From: Thermoplasmata archaeon
GTDB taxonomy: Archaea; Thermoplasmatota; Thermoplasmata; Thermoplasmatales; Thermoplasmataceae
Length of the DNA stretch: 64,000 bases
NCBI GenBank assembly: GCA_021809755.1
Contig: JAJZJZ010000001.1
Span: forward strand, 24,204 to 88,203
Direction of reading: 5' to 3'
A model generated the notes under the pieces. It was not told the origin of the DNA. It saw only the letters and a list, made by a program, of their open reading frames with translations, and did no database searches. Position numbers and translations under genes: made by a program. Position 1 is the first letter of the stretch; each line of letters opens with the position of its first letter. Below, in pieces: positions 39,146-49,912 of this stretch.

Positions 39146-40696
39146 ATGGGCTTTGAAAACGAATCAACGTTTGTAAAAATGGCAAAGAAAGGGAAGCAAC
39201 AGGAATTCAACAGAATGTATGAGGACGCATTAAAAAATGTAACAAAACACTTGGGTCAGGAGTATCCTAACATTATAGGAAAAAATGTATTGGAAAAAGA
39301 AAAAATCCAAGAGATAAGCCCAATAGATGGGAGCACAATTGGAACTTTTCAATCTGCGACAAAGGCATCAGTAGATTCTGCTCTTGAAATGTTAAAAGGA
39401 TCCTACAGAAACTGGTTTTCACTGGGATACGTGAAACGATCAGAAATTTTTATGAAGGCTGCTGATGAACTGAGCAAGAGAAAATTTGAATTATCTGCCA
39501 TATTGGCTTATGAGAATGGTAAGACGAGGGCAGAAGCCGTGGCCGATCTTGATGAAGGCATAGATTTTCTTAGATACTATTCCCTTAACCTCATAGAAAA
39601 TCAGGGTTTCATAAGATTTACAGGAAAAGGTTATGACAATGAAGAAAGCCAGAGCGTAATGAAACCTTATGGCGTTTTTGCGGTAATTGCACCTTTCAAT
39701 TTTTATGCAATAACAGTGGGAATGGTTTGTGGTCCCCTCATAACCGGAAATGCAGTAATATTTAAACCTTCAAGCAACCTTCTTATTTCATCACACATCT
39801 TCGTCAATATACTCTATGATGCTGGGGTTCCAAAGGAGGTGCTCGCATTTGTATCCGGAAGGGGGAGTGTCATTGGTCCATATATAGTCTCCAACAAGCA
39901 TGTATCAGGAGTCCTATTTACGGGTTCAAGGGATGCAGGGATGGATATATTTAGAAGAGCCAATGAAGCCCATCCAAAGGTAGTAATAACAGAAATGGGT
40001 GGAAAAGATGCAATAATCGTGACAGATAAGGCAAACATTCAGAAAGCAGTAAATGGAGTTTACAGGGCATCATTTGGTTATTCAGGTCAGAAGTGTAGTG
40101 CATGTTCAATTGCATATATTCAGAGTGGAGTATATGACAAATTCAAGGATCAACTATTAGACCTGGTCAAAAAGACGGTTCCGGGAGACCCAAGAAATGT
40201 TGAGACATACTTGGGTCCGGTTATAAATGAGGAAGCTTTGAATAAATATAAAAAATCAATGGAGATCATTAGGAAGGAATCCAAAGTCATCATCGGGGGC
40301 AAAGTGCTTGACAAAAAAGGATTCTATGTTGAACCGACCATAGTAGAAAATCCTGACGATGATTCATATGTGATCAAGAACGAACTGTTTCTTCCGGTAC
40401 TTGCAATAAAGAAGGTAAACTCACTCAAGGAGGCAGTAGAAAAGGTCAACGCCTCAGATTATGGTCTAACAGGAGGAATATTCACGGAAGACAGCGAGGA
40501 AATCCAGTATTATTTTGAAAATGCAGATGTTGGAGTCTTATATGCAAACAGAGAAAGAGGAGGCTCAACTGGAGCAATGGTAGGTTCCCAGCCCTTCGTT
40601 GGGTGGAAACTGAGTGGAATTAGCGGCAAAGGGACTGGTTCCTTTTACTATCTGCAGCAATTCCTCAGGGAGCAATCTCAGACGATTGCTCACTGA
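39146..40696 (+). CDS. NAD-dependent aldehyde dehydrogenase (P5C dehydrogenase-like)
   Basis: IAPFNF, FTGS, EMGGKD, SGQKCSAC, ELFLPV, QPFVGWKLSG. Confidence 0.9.
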   Translation: MGFENESTFVKMAKKGKQQEFNRMYEDALKNVTKHLGQEYPNIIGKNVLEKEKIQEISPIDGSTIGTFQSATKASVDSALEMLKGSYRNWFSLGYVKRSEIFMKAADELSKRKFELSAILAYENGKTRAEAVADLDEGIDFLRYYSLNLIENQGFIRFTGKGYDNEESQSVMKPYGVFAVIAPFNFYAITVGMVCGPLITGNAVIFKPSSNLLISSHIFVNILYDAGVPKEVLAFVSGRGSVIGPYIVSNKHVSGVLFTGSRDAGMDIFRRANEAHPKVVITEMGGKDAIIVTDKANIQKAVNGVYRASFGYSGQKCSACSIAYIQSGVYDKFKDQLLDLVKKTVPGDPRNVETYLGPVINEEALNKYKKSMEIIRKESKVIIGGKVLDKKGFYVEPTIVENPDDDSYVIKNELFLPVLAIKKVNSLKEAVEKVNASDYGLTGGIFTEDSEEIQYYFENADVGVLYANRERGGSTGAMVGSQPFVGWKLSGISGKGTGSFYYLQQFLREQSQTIAH

Positions 40697-41351
40697 TAAT
40701 TTCCTTCACTTCTTTCCAATTTTTCCTATTTTCAAAATCTATTTTCAAGGCTCTGGAGAGTCTCTCTCCAATTACCTTTTTTGCATGATCGATTGGTAAT
40801 ATGTTGTTCTGCGACATTTCTTTACACGATGTCATTATTTCAGGGTTGAAACCACATGGATTTATTCGAAGAAACCCGCTTAGATCATTAACATAATTCA
40901 GCGCAGTTCCATGGAGGCTGGCGTTTCCTTTTAAGGCAAGTCCAGTGGAACAGATCTTCTTGTCTCCAACCCAGATACCGGTCTCAGATCCCATTCTGCT
41001 TTCGCCTTTGATACCCAGTTCCTTAAGAAATTCTATCAATTCATTATGGATTACACCAATGAGGCTTTTCGCGTTCAAATTCAAACTTTTTAAATTTAAA
41101 ATGAAATAAGACACTATTTGCCCTGGATTGTGGTATGTTATCCCCCCACCTCTCTCAACCATTCTTATATTTTGGCCAATAGAGACTAGTCCCTTATCTT
41201 TGTGGATCCCGCAGGTATATACATCCTCATGTTCAAGAACCAGGATTGCTCCTTCCAACTCATTTTCATTTACCTTTTCATTTAGCTTTCTTTGAGTAAT
41301 TAAGGCATCATCATAATCGACAATGCCCTCAATTGATACAAAGCTCTTCAT
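40665..41351 (-). CDS. lipB: Lipoyl(octanoyl) transferase
   Basis: LEHEDVYTCG, RGGGITYHNPGQ, KICSTG, HGTALN, INPCG. Confidence 0.9.
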   Translation of the reverse strand: MKSFVSIEGIVDYDDALITQRKLNEKVNENELEGAILVLEHEDVYTCGIHKDKGLVSIGQNIRMVERGGGITYHNPGQIVSYFILNLKSLNLNAKSLIGVIHNELIEFLKELGIKGESRMGSETGIWVGDKKICSTGLALKGNASLHGTALNYVNDLSGFLRINPCGFNPEIMTSCKEMSQNNILPIDHAKKVIGERLSRALKIDFENRKNWKEVKEIISEQSSEIAP

Positions 41352-43219
41352 CTAAGGTCAGATTCTAGTCTCGACTTTAGATCGTAAAATCTCTCCCAAA
41401 GTTTCTCTGGGAATCTCTCCCCGAAAGACTCGAAGAATGGCTTTACCTGATCAAGTTCATTAAGAAATCCCTTTGAATCGACTTTTAGCAGTTCCTGGAT
41501 CCTTTCAGCTGTTATCTCTTTTCCATAATTAAACTGAGAAATATCTGGAACATACCCAATGGGGGTTTTTATTACCTTAGTGATTTTATTCATAGCACGC
41601 CCCAAAACCCATTCCACTGCGTGCATATTGTATGTATATCCTGGCCATATGAACTTCCCATTTTCATCTTTTCTGAACCAGTTAACATTGAAAACAAGGG
41701 GGAGATTTTGAACCTTTCCTTTGAAAGAAAGGTGATAGTTAAAGTAATCAGCCATGTTATATGCCATGAACGGCCTCATAGCCATGGGGTCATTTCTAAG
41801 AACTCCAACTTTACCTGTTGATGCAGCGGTTGTTTCTACCCTTTGCATCGCCCCCACAAGTACCCCGTCCTCCCAGTCAAAGGATTGGTAAATCAAAGGC
41901 AACAGGTCACTTCTTCTTCCACCGTAAAGAAAAGCAGATACGGGAACACCATGGGGGTTCTCATAATCTTTTGAAAGTCTGGGATATTGACTTATTGGTG
42001 TAGTGAATCTTGAGTTTGGGTGAGCAACGGGACTCTTTCCATCCCATGGATTACCCTGCCAGTCAATGAGATTTTTTGGAGGATCAGACTTTCCTTCCCA
42101 AAATGGAATCCTGTCTTGGTCAATTCCAACATTTGTAAATATAGTATTTTCTTTTATTGCAGTCATTGCATTTGGATTGGTCTTTTCACTTGTATGTGGT
42201 ATTACTCCAAAAAACCCATTCTCAGGATTTATGCCCCTGAGCTGACCATTATGTACATTCATCCAAGTTATGTCATCACTCATAAGATAGGTACTCCATC
42301 CTTCCCGTTTGTAATCTTCCGGGGGCTCAAGCATTGCAAGATTTGTCTTTCCGCTTGAGCTTGGGAATGCACCGGTAATATATGTGATTTCACCATCTGG
42401 CGATCTTATTCCAATCAACATCATGTGCTCAGCGAGCCATCCATTTGCCCTTGATTCAAAAGAAGCAATTCGAAGAGCGTGGCATTTCTTACTTAGCAGG
42501 GCATTTCCCCCATAATTTGTATTAATGCTTGCAATTAGACCATCTCCCATATTTTCATAGGGAAAATGCATAATGTATCTCTGATCCGGATTAAGATCTC
42601 CTGTAGCATGGAGACCAACAACGCACTTTCCGCTTTTTCCGATTTCGTCAATTGCCGAATCGCCTATTCTTGTAATTATTGCCAAATTCAATACAACATA
42701 AGGGCTGTCAGTAAGTTCTATTCCGCCTCTAGCATAAGGTGAATTAAATGGCCCGAGCCAGTAAGGAACTATATACAACTTTTTTCCTTTCATTGAACCG
42801 TCGTAGAGTTTCAGAATTTTACCGAGGGCTTCTTCACTATGCATCCAGTTGTTTGTAGGACCCACGTCATCTTTGTTCCCCGCTGTGCAGACAAATGTAT
42901 CCTTTTCACTGCGCGCCACATCCTTAGGTGAACTTCTGTGTAAAAAGGAATTCTTATAATGGTTTGGATTCAATTCAATAAGTAAATTTTGGGATAAGAG
43001 GATCTTTTCCATGGCTCTTATTTGTGATGCTTCTCCTGTCACCACTTCATAAGAAGTTGCCCCGGTAATACCCATGAAATCTGATATGTATGATATAATC
43101 CTATTTCCCAATTCAGGGTTTATTTTTAGTACTCTCTTCATCGAATCGTCTTCTGAAATTTCCTTCGTAATTTTCTTTAACAGATCACTTGAAAAATTTT
43201 CATTTTCATAACTGAGCAT
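41348..43219 (-). CDS. pckG: Phosphoenolpyruvate carboxykinase (GTP)
   Basis: YGGNALLSKKCHALRIAS, WLAEHM, FPSSSGKTNLAM, DDITW, NPENGFFG, HPNSRF. Confidence 0.95.
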   Translation of the reverse strand: MLSYENENFSSDLLKKITKEISEDDSMKRVLKINPELGNRIISYISDFMGITGATSYEVVTGEASQIRAMEKILLSQNLLIELNPNHYKNSFLHRSSPKDVARSEKDTFVCTAGNKDDVGPTNNWMHSEEALGKILKLYDGSMKGKKLYIVPYWLGPFNSPYARGGIELTDSPYVVLNLAIITRIGDSAIDEIGKSGKCVVGLHATGDLNPDQRYIMHFPYENMGDGLIASINTNYGGNALLSKKCHALRIASFESRANGWLAEHMMLIGIRSPDGEITYITGAFPSSSGKTNLAMLEPPEDYKREGWSTYLMSDDITWMNVHNGQLRGINPENGFFGVIPHTSEKTNPNAMTAIKENTIFTNVGIDQDRIPFWEGKSDPPKNLIDWQGNPWDGKSPVAHPNSRFTTPISQYPRLSKDYENPHGVPVSAFLYGGRRSDLLPLIYQSFDWEDGVLVGAMQRVETTAASTGKVGVLRNDPMAMRPFMAYNMADYFNYHLSFKGKVQNLPLVFNVNWFRKDENGKFIWPGYTYNMHAVEWVLGRAMNKITKVIKTPIGYVPDISQFNYGKEITAERIQELLKVDSKGFLNELDQVKPFFESFGERFPEKLWERFYDLKSRLESDLR

Positions 43220-43391
43220 GAAATCACACTTCTTAATTGAAAATTATTCATAATATAAAGATATTGGGTGAATTTTTAGAGAAAGTTACAATAAACACAT
43301 ATTCTCTTCAGAGCTAACAATGAAACAAATATCTGTTTCTTTAAACCTTTGTCAAATTTAAATAGTATAACGCACATTAGGGGAATTGAAC

Positions 43392-44162
43392 ATGCCCAAA
43401 TCCAAGGATATAAATCTGAAGGAAATAGCTGTATTATCAAAAATAAGTCACGGTGAGAGGAGCATAGCTAAAATTTCAAGAGAACTATCCATAACAATAC
43501 AAGGAGTGAGGTATTATATCCAAAATTTTTTGGAAAATGGTTTTATTACAGAGAAAGTTGAAATTACGAACTCAGGAGTTGAATTTCTCAGAAAAAATCT
43601 GGAGTGGATTAAGAATTTCCTTATGGATGACATTGATGACCTATATTCTGGAACAAAATGGGAAGCAATTAGTGACAGTTTTCTCACGAAAGGAGACATT
43701 GTTTCTCTATATATGAAGGATGGTTATCTACATGCCAGGTATGGAAATTCAGGGCCAGCAACAGCAATAGCCACAACAGATGCAAAGTTAGGGGAGGCAA
43801 TATTACTAACAAATTTGGAAGGTATAATCTCAATAATACCTGGAAAGATTAGAATTTATTACATTCCTGAAAACAAAATAGGAGATATAGAACCACTGAT
43901 CAAGTCAATGAAACAAATCATTGAAGAATCGAACGGGGCTTTAATAGGCATTATTGGAGAATCTGCGAAAACACTTTTAATGGAAACAGGGAACTATTCT
44001 TTGGTTGAGTTTTCAGCGTTGGAGGCAGCTTTTGAAGCAGCAGTTAGGGGGAAAGACGCCATGGTTGTAGTATCAGAATTCAGAATGGGTTTCCTTTTCG
44101 ACACATTAAAGCTTTTCAAACTAAAATATAAGGATGTTAAGATAGAGATTATCTCTCTGTAA
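43392..44162 (+). CDS. Predicted winged-HTH transcriptional regulator (archaeal COG1497-like)
   Basis: N-terminal wHTH (IAKISRELSITIQGVRYYI); GDIVSLYMKDGYL and AAFEAAVRG segments. Confidence 0.7.
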   Translation: MPKSKDINLKEIAVLSKISHGERSIAKISRELSITIQGVRYYIQNFLENGFITEKVEITNSGVEFLRKNLEWIKNFLMDDIDDLYSGTKWEAISDSFLTKGDIVSLYMKDGYLHARYGNSGPATAIATTDAKLGEAILLTNLEGIISIIPGKIRIYYIPENKIGDIEPLIKSMKQIIEESNGALIGIIGESAKTLLMETGNYSLVEFSALEAAFEAAVRGKDAMVVVSEFRMGFLFDTLKLFKLKYKDVKIEIISL

Positions 44163-44210
44163 ACGGCTAAATAGGCTCATTTTATTTATTATAATTCTTT
44201 TTCAGTTATT

Positions 44211-44250
44211 TACATATATAATATTATTAATATACAATATTGTATATGTA
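44211..44250. repeat. Nested AT-rich palindromes upstream of speD
   Basis: Perfect 18-bp palindrome ATATACAATATTGTATAT (44230-44247); 44211-44225 matches the reverse complement of 44236-44250 at 14/15 positions. Confidence 0.5.
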
Positions 44251-44378
44251 GATACCTATGAATGTATACCATTACTATTTTTAATGCCACATTAAAATGA
44301 CACTCAATGAGAAAATAAAATATTTAAATAATAAAAAATTATTATCCTTTTAGAGGAATGGGATAAAAATGGAGGACG

Positions 44379-44777
44379 ATGAAAGTGGCCGTGGGCGTAC
44401 ACATACTTTCGGATATGTATGGAGTAAGCCCAAATCTAATTGAGAGAAAAGAACCGATAGGGCAAATAGTTGAAGAAGCAGTGAGAGTTGGTGGGCTGAC
44501 AAAGATATCTTCAGATTTCTATCAGTTTGATCCAATAGGTGCAAGTGGAATTATACTCCTTGCTGAATCGCATTTGTCTTTTCACACTTGGCCCGAGCAT
44601 GGTTTGGTCACTCTTGATCTATATACTTGTGGAGATCCTTCAAAGGCAGAGATAGCCTACGAATATATTCTTGAAAACCTGATGCCCACTTCTGTTAGTA
44701 CTAAAAGAATAGAAAGGGGTCAGATGATTGGGGAGAACATGAATACAATACAAAGCGATCATCCAATCCTCGCCTGA
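44379..44777 (+). CDS. speD: S-adenosylmethionine decarboxylase proenzyme (class I)
   Basis: LAESHLSFHTWPE and DLYTCG; SD GGAGG. Confidence 0.9.
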   Translation: MKVAVGVHILSDMYGVSPNLIERKEPIGQIVEEAVRVGGLTKISSDFYQFDPIGASGIILLAESHLSFHTWPEHGLVTLDLYTCGDPSKAEIAYEYILENLMPTSVSTKRIERGQMIGENMNTIQSDHPILA

Positions 44778-45712
44778 TGACATTCAAAAACAAACTCGGC
44801 CTAATAATTCTATTAATTTTTTCAATATTATTTACTTTCATTAAATTAAGTTTTTACATTGTAATTGGAGGCTTTGTTCTAACAATAATCTCATTTGCAA
44901 TAGGAGGAGACCTATTTGTGGACGAGGCCATCGGACTGGGAACAAAATTAGGTCTTACCAGAATGCAGACTGGGGCCACATTTCTATCTTTTTTTTCCAT
45001 AATAGATGAAATATTTGTAGTCTTAAATTCATCACTAAGGGGTTATTCATCAATTTCATTTGGAGCTGTTGAAGGATCAAATCTTGTTGCAATGTTGTTT
45101 CTTCTCATATCGGTTATCGTATTAGGAATTTCTATTAAAAGGGAATTCTCATTTGAGTTGGCAATGATGACAATTTTAATGCTTATACTTCTTCTGTTCT
45201 CATTCTACTACTCATCAATATCCATCTTATTGGCAGTTATCCTCACAATTATCTTTATTATTTATCTTGCAAGAATTACCAAGCACAAGGGAACTTTGGA
45301 GATTCAGCAATATAATTATAGTTTAATGATTTTTGTTGTTTCTGGATTTTTAGTCTACTTTGCATCACAAAACGTCGTTACCATATCAAATTATTTCTAC
45401 GTCTCATTAGGTAACAATTTGTTCTTTTGGGGGATGATAATTGCCGGAGTTTCAGGTTCAATCCCTGAGGGTATAATGTTCTTGATTTCATTGAAAAGGA
45501 ATGAGACAGATTCTGCATTAGGTTTGATATTGTCTTCAACAATTTATAAGGGAACAATCCTTGTTGTCGTCGCTACGCTAATAACACCTGTGTATTTTAA
45601 AGGGAGCAGGTACACAATCTTAGCCTTATTAGGCATTTCCGTATTTATGTTAGTTTATGTATTCTTGAGGGGAGTAAAATATAGAAATCAGAAAGAACTC
45701 ATTACGCTTTAG
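44777..45712 (+). CDS. Na+/Ca2+ exchanger (YrbG-like) membrane protein
   Basis: Two alpha-repeats (SIIDE...GAVEGSN; GSIPE...LILSS); about 10 TM helices. Confidence 0.75.
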   Translation: MTFKNKLGLIILLIFSILFTFIKLSFYIVIGGFVLTIISFAIGGDLFVDEAIGLGTKLGLTRMQTGATFLSFFSIIDEIFVVLNSSLRGYSSISFGAVEGSNLVAMLFLLISVIVLGISIKREFSFELAMMTILMLILLLFSFYYSSISILLAVILTIIFIIYLARITKHKGTLEIQQYNYSLMIFVVSGFLVYFASQNVVTISNYFYVSLGNNLFFWGMIIAGVSGSIPEGIMFLISLKRNETDSALGLILSSTIYKGTILVVVATLITPVYFKGSRYTILALLGISVFMLVYVFLRGVKYRNQKELITL

Positions 45713-47456
45713 TTCCCCAGAATTTGTTCTCCTTTCTCTTTATTTTAATTATTTCTTCAAGAGCCTTCATAGTAGCTTCGTCCATTGGTCTTAACCTTAA
45801 TACTTTAACAGTTTCTTCGGATATATCTGTAAAAATTGGCTCATCAGGAAAGATCTGTCTGTTCAATGTCACTCCTTCGATGGCAACAGCTACTTCTGAT
45901 GGAGCTTCTGCAAATTTCTTCGAGAGTTCACCTTCCCTTATGCTCTTAATGGTGCCTGCATATCTTCCATCTTCACGTATTAAGTTGTCGCCAACCTTAA
46001 TTCTTCCCCCTTCTATTTTAACTCCAACTATAACAGGTTTGTTTGCTCTAAATATATATTCTGGAATAATTTTGAATCTGGAAGGAACAGACATACCTTT
46101 TTTTCTTTCCTCCTCAATTTCCTTTTTCCGGTTATTAATCCACTCCTCGCATTGTTGAACTAGTGAATAGATTATACCTCCATTTATAACTCCAACATCC
46201 TGATTTAGAAGTACGTCCTTTGCTTCTGGAAGAATATCAACATTAAAACCAAGAATTATGCGATCAAGTGGTTCCTGCAAGGTTGCCACATCTATGACAT
46301 CTCTCCTTGATATGAGACCAATCTGTGCATTTCTAATTTTGATGCCTTTCTCTGAAAGTTCGTATGCTATGGCTTCAAGCGACCCTAAAGTATCGGCCCT
46401 TAATGTTACTCCATGCTCGGAAAGATCAATAGATACTGCCGTTTCCTTCAAGATCTCCTCATAGGCTTCTCTCTCATCGTTTTCAATTTCAATAAGCGGT
46501 GATCCAGGGATGGCGTTTAGTTTATCAGATATTAGTATTCGTACTCCTGAAGCCGACTTAACTTTGTCCACTTCGACAATCTTCGAGCTGTTTGTTCTTT
46601 GATTGAGGAATAGGGCTTTTATCTTTGTTTTTGTTGGCCCCTCTCTTGTATTGAGAGCAACCAAAGCCCCCTTTCTTAGTTCACCTTGATAAAGTATGGA
46701 ATCAAGAATATTTCCCAGTGACTCTTCCTTTTTTACCTCCATGATAGTAGCTCTGGCGGCGCCATCCTTCCTAGAAATGGACTCCTCAAGAAATTTTTGT
46801 GCAAGTCCAGCAAGAATTAGCAGTATATCCTGAATTCCAGTCTTATTTTTGGCACTTACAGGAATTATGGCCACAGTTTTTGAGAAATCTGTGATCCGAT
46901 CGTATCTTTCTGATGGGAATCCAAAGGAATATAATGAATTCACAACTTTGTATATCTTCTCATCAAGAATATTTTTAAATTCTTCTCTCTGGGCAGCCAA
47001 GAAAGTCTTGAAGGAAGAATCTTTCACGGGGATTGCAAAATCTATGAGATCTACCTTATTGGCTGCAATGATGAAAGGAGTTTTGAATTTTTTTAAAATA
47101 TTTATTGATTCTTCAGTTTGAGGTTTAATTCCCTCATTGATATCAATAACAAGGATTGCAATATCTGCCAGTGCTCCGCCCCTTGATCTCATATTTGAAA
47201 AAGCAACATGTCCCGGGGTATCAACAAAAAGAAGTCCGGGAATTGTAAAAATGGATTTGGAACCTGTCTGTTGTGCTATTTTCTTAATCCTTGTAATATC
47301 TATCTCGGTGGCACCAATTCTCTGGGTAATTCCACCCTCCTCCTTTTTAGCAAAGGATGTTCCCCGAATAGAATCTAAGAGTGTTGTCTTTCCGTGGTCA
47401 ACATGACCAAGAACGCAAACTATTGGTTGCCTGAGCTCCCTGCCTTCGTTCTTCAT
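45702..47456 (-). CDS. infB: Translation initiation factor aIF5B (IF-2)
   Basis: LRQPIVCVLGHVDHGKTTLLD, GGITQ, DTPGH, NKVD, DTLGSLEA. Confidence 0.96.
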   Translation of the reverse strand: MKNEGRELRQPIVCVLGHVDHGKTTLLDSIRGTSFAKKEEGGITQRIGATEIDITRIKKIAQQTGSKSIFTIPGLLFVDTPGHVAFSNMRSRGGALADIAILVIDINEGIKPQTEESINILKKFKTPFIIAANKVDLIDFAIPVKDSSFKTFLAAQREEFKNILDEKIYKVVNSLYSFGFPSERYDRITDFSKTVAIIPVSAKNKTGIQDILLILAGLAQKFLEESISRKDGAARATIMEVKKEESLGNILDSILYQGELRKGALVALNTREGPTKTKIKALFLNQRTNSSKIVEVDKVKSASGVRILISDKLNAIPGSPLIEIENDEREAYEEILKETAVSIDLSEHGVTLRADTLGSLEAIAYELSEKGIKIRNAQIGLISRRDVIDVATLQEPLDRIILGFNVDILPEAKDVLLNQDVGVINGGIIYSLVQQCEEWINNRKKEIEEERKKGMSVPSRFKIIPEYIFRANKPVIVGVKIEGGRIKVGDNLIREDGRYAGTIKSIREGELSKKFAEAPSEVAVAIEGVTLNRQIFPDEPIFTDISEETVKVLRLRPMDEATMKALEEIIKIKRKENKFWGTKA

Positions 47457-47459
47457 TTC

Positions 47460-47915
47460 TCAAAATAGAACCTCATCACCGTACTGGAAAGGTAACAATT
47501 CATTGGTCTTGAAAAATATTGAGAATTCATGTTGATAAGACTCTGCTGAATCGGACGCGTGTATGATGTTCTTTTCTATGCTGATAGAGTAATCGCCTCG
47601 AATGGTTCCAGGAGATGCCTTGCTTCCGTCAGTTGTACCACAAATTGTTCTCACAACAGATATGGCGTTGTTCCCCTCAAATACAATTGCAACAATAGGG
47701 CTGGAAGTAATATAGTTCACAAGATCTGCAAAAAATGGTTTGCCCTTATGAACCGCGTAATGTTTTTCAGCTTCTTCTTTAGATAGCTGAAGCATTTTAA
47801 GACCAAGGATCTTAAGACCTTTTAGCTCAAATCTCCTAATAATTTCTCCTGCAAGCCTTCTTTTTAATCCATCCGGCTTAATGAGTACTAGTGTCCTTTC
47901 CTGCATTTCACTCAC
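47460..47915 (-). CDS. ndk: Nucleoside diphosphate kinase
   Basis: [26 protein letters not shown]. Confidence 0.96.
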   Translation of the reverse strand: MSEMQERTLVLIKPDGLKRRLAGEIIRRFELKGLKILGLKMLQLSKEEAEKHYAVHKGKPFFADLVNYITSSPIVAIVFEGNNAISVVRTICGTTDGSKASPGTIRGDYSISIEKNIIHASDSAESYQHEFSIFFKTNELLPFQYGDEVLF

Positions 47916-48183
47916 TGCTTGCCGGGGTCTCTTGTACTGTCTCTGGAGCGGCTTCTACGGGAGTCTCTTCAACTGGAGGCTTTATTGAATCCTTTCTCAT
48001 CGCTTTGATAGTATGATACTCCTTTGTCCATTTTGTCCTTCTTGGAACTCTCTTTAGGTTTATCATATTTACCCTGCACTTTCTACTACAGAAATCAACT
48101 ATATTGCCACTTCTTCTTACATAAATTGTACCGGTTCCAGGTTCAATATTGGAACCACAAAATCCACAAGTTTTTATTGCCAA
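47908..48183 (-). CDS. rpl24e: 50S ribosomal protein L24e
   Basis: [13 protein letters not shown]...FCSRKC...PRRTKWT; TTG start with SD GGTGAT. Confidence 0.94.
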   Translation of the reverse strand: MAIKTCGFCGSNIEPGTGTIYVRRSGNIVDFCSRKCRVNMINLKRVPRRTKWTKEYHTIKAMRKDSIKPPVEETPVEAAPETVQETPASSE

Positions 48184-48188
48184 TATTA

Positions 48189-48398
48189 TCACCGGATTGA
48201 GAGTTTTTTAGCTTCTCTGGCTGTTTCTCTTAGCATTAATATATCTCCAACCTTAACAGGACCCAGTACATTTCTGGCTATGATTCTACCCTGATCTCTT
48301 CCTGATAACACTCTAACCTTTACAGTTGTTGCTTCTCCGGTCATACCGGTTCTTCCCATTAATTCAACAACCTCTGCCTGTGTAGCTTCATCTGCCAC
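48189..48398 (-). CDS. rps28e: 30S ribosomal protein S28e
   Basis: GRTGMTGE...[22 protein letters not shown]. Confidence 0.96.
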   Translation of the reverse strand: MADEATQAEVVELMGRTGMTGEATTVKVRVLSGRDQGRIIARNVLGPVKVGDILMLRETAREAKKLSIR

Positions 48399-48408
48399 TT
48401 AAGTCACC

Positions 48409-48777
48409 TTATTTCTTCAAAGAAACAAGTTCTGAAGTAATCTGCTTATAAAGCTCCTCATTTTTTCCATAGTCGGTAATAGATATGGAAGCAGCAGCTG
48501 AAATTCCAACTCTTGTACCTAGTTCGGATTTACTCTTAGCATATGCATAAGCTATCTTTCTCTCTTCACAGAGCATTGGAAGGTAATATACTACTTCTGG
48601 AGGTGTAACATCTTCTGCAATTATTACTATTTTACTTTCTCCCCTCTCAATAGACTTAATAACCTCGTTCGTGCCCTTCTTTATTTTTCCACTCCTGTAA
48701 CTATTCTCTACTAGATCAAGAATCTTCTTTTCGAGCGTCTCGGGAGTTTCGAATTTAACAAATGACTGTTTTTCCAT
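48409..48777 (-). CDS. rpl7ae: 50S ribosomal protein L7Ae
   Basis: KKGTNEVIKSIERG, IAEDVTPPE; ATG 48777 with SD GGAGG. Confidence 0.96.
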   Translation of the reverse strand: MEKQSFVKFETPETLEKKILDLVENSYRSGKIKKGTNEVIKSIERGESKIVIIAEDVTPPEVVYYLPMLCEERKIAYAYAKSKSELGTRVGISAAASISITDYGKNEELYKQITSELVSLKK

Positions 48778-48871
48778 TTTATTTTCCTCCTTCACTTTTT
48801 AGTATCACCTGAGCCTAAGACGCTATATATAGTTTTTTTAATCTGAAAAAATCAGTGAAATTATGCCTTTC

Positions 48872-49771
48872 CTAAGACGAAGTCGAATTATTTTCAAGTC
48901 TCATCAAAGAATCTAGGGAATTAGTAACAAACGAGTCGGGTATGTGTTCCATAGTCGTAATGGGAAGCGGAATTTTCCCACCAATTTTATGTTTCCTATA
49001 AAATAGGTAATAATATGAAGAGGGGAAAGGATAAGAATTTAAAATTCTAAACACGAAATCTAGGTTTCTCTGAGCTTCTTCGGCACCTTTGAAGTCATTT
49101 TCTACATATAGGTTTAGTACCTTTTTAGCGGCAGACGAAATGTTTGTTGATCCACAGACTCCGCCACTAGAACCAGCCACAAGAGACTGAAGAAGTAAAT
49201 CATCCTGTCCTTGATAAACAGGTATTTTAGAACCGAACTTGTAAATTATGTCATTAAAATATCTAATATTGCCTGAACTTTCCTTAATCCCCCTTATCTT
49301 TCCACCTGCGGTATCAATGATTGATTCAATAGTCTGTGCTTCTATGGTAACGCCTGCAAGTTGCGGTATATTATAAATTATGAAATTTGCATCAACTCTA
49401 GAGATAACTTCACTAAAATGCTTGATAATCCAAGGCTGCTCTGGCTTGATGTAATAAGTGGGTTGAAGGACCATGCTGGTAAATCCGAGATCAAAAGCAT
49501 ATTTTGCCAATTCCACGGATTCTTCTGTGTTTTGGCTGCCAATGCCTACAAACGTTTCTTTCTTTTCTGATTCCTCTGATACAATATTCAGGAATTTCTT
49601 TTTCTTATCCATAGTCAAAAGTGAAAAAAGTCCAGTGCTTCCCAATGGAAATATAGAATTTATACCCATTTCCGTAAGATCTGACATAAGCAGTTTGTAA
49701 TATTCTCTACTTGGTTCATAAGAACTATCAAGGGGTGTTATGAGAGGGCATATTAACTTGAACTTATTCAT
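48872..49771 (-). CDS. DHDPS/NAL-family aldolase (possible 2-keto-3-deoxygluconate aldolase)
   Basis: LITPL, GSTG, YNIPQ, GIKESSG. Confidence 0.85.
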   Translation of the reverse strand: MNKFKLICPLITPLDSSYEPSREYYKLLMSDLTEMGINSIFPLGSTGLFSLLTMDKKKKFLNIVSEESEKKETFVGIGSQNTEESVELAKYAFDLGFTSMVLQPTYYIKPEQPWIIKHFSEVISRVDANFIIYNIPQLAGVTIEAQTIESIIDTAGGKIRGIKESSGNIRYFNDIIYKFGSKIPVYQGQDDLLLQSLVAGSSGGVCGSTNISSAAKKVLNLYVENDFKGAEEAQRNLDFVFRILNSYPFPSSYYYLFYRKHKIGGKIPLPITTMEHIPDSFVTNSLDSLMRLENNSTSS

Positions 49772-49912
49772 TGTTGATCATGTATTCATCCTTTATCTTG
49801 ATTATTATGAGACATAATTCCAAATGAAAGTCAAATAAAATAGCTTGCCATAGTAAATAGATCGAGTTCAGACTTGCCAAAGATTATTTATTTTTCTTTA
49901 ATAAAGGGGTAG

